A stretch of 24,916 nt of DNA from a virus (Duplodnaviria; Caudoviricetes): positions 1 to 24,916 of the IMG/VR virus record IMGVR_UViG_3300035181_002540; one strand, given 5' to 3'. Positions 24,786-24,916 of the stretch are shown here, one piece after another. The notes under the pieces were generated by a model. That model ran no database searches. It was given only the letters and a program-made list of their open reading frames with translations, and was not told the origin of the DNA. Positions within the stretch are counted from its first letter, which is position 1, and every line of letters begins with the position of its first letter. The position numbers were made by a program, and so were the translations under genes.

Positions 24786-24916
24786 AATTTTTAAATTGTT
24801 ACACCAAACTTTTTGGGAAAAAGAGAAGAAATTTGTTTTTGAAAACAATTATTGAGATGAATTATCATTCGATCAACAATTTTTGCGTTAAAAATGATAT
24901 ATATAGACACAGAATT
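24782..24916 (+). CDS. Possible 5' fragment of the next gene
   Basis: ATGA overlap with the primase stop, AGGAG upstream, open to the window edge (45 codons). Confidence 0.35.
   Translation, partial: MKFLNCYTKLFGKKRRNLFLKTIIEMNYHSINNFCVKNDIYRHRI

Noticed and set aside
1-24916. Stop-codon reassignment, tRNA genes, integrase or transposase
   Set aside because: Genes are intact under code 11 with all three stops in use; no tRNA cloverleaf or recombinase motifs recognised

Overview
Segment of a tailed dsDNA phage (Caudoviricetes-like) genome with two divergent arms. Left arm (minus strand, ~12-10796) is a head morphogenesis operon: putative TerS, TerL, portal, prohead protease/scaffold, head decoration protein, lambda gpE-like major capsid protein, head-completion proteins and a fused GT4+GT9 glycosyltransferase. 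The centre (~10800-15700) is a mostly non-coding control region with two small genes, arrays of a GTTGGATAAAT motif, several other repeat families, IHF-like sites, a three-armed cloverleaf with GAA triloops, and a promoter/boxA/alternative-hairpin leader. The right arm (plus strand) carries two Zn-ribbon amidoligases around a class II glutamine amidotransferase, two unannotated hydrophobic micropeptide ORFs, intergenic spacers packed with long hairpins and a candidate pseudoknotted RNA, a 28-bp repeat array, then a UvsW-like SF2 helicase and a DnaG-like primase. All assignments come from motif recognition, gene order and folding by eye; no searches were run and the host cannot be determined.
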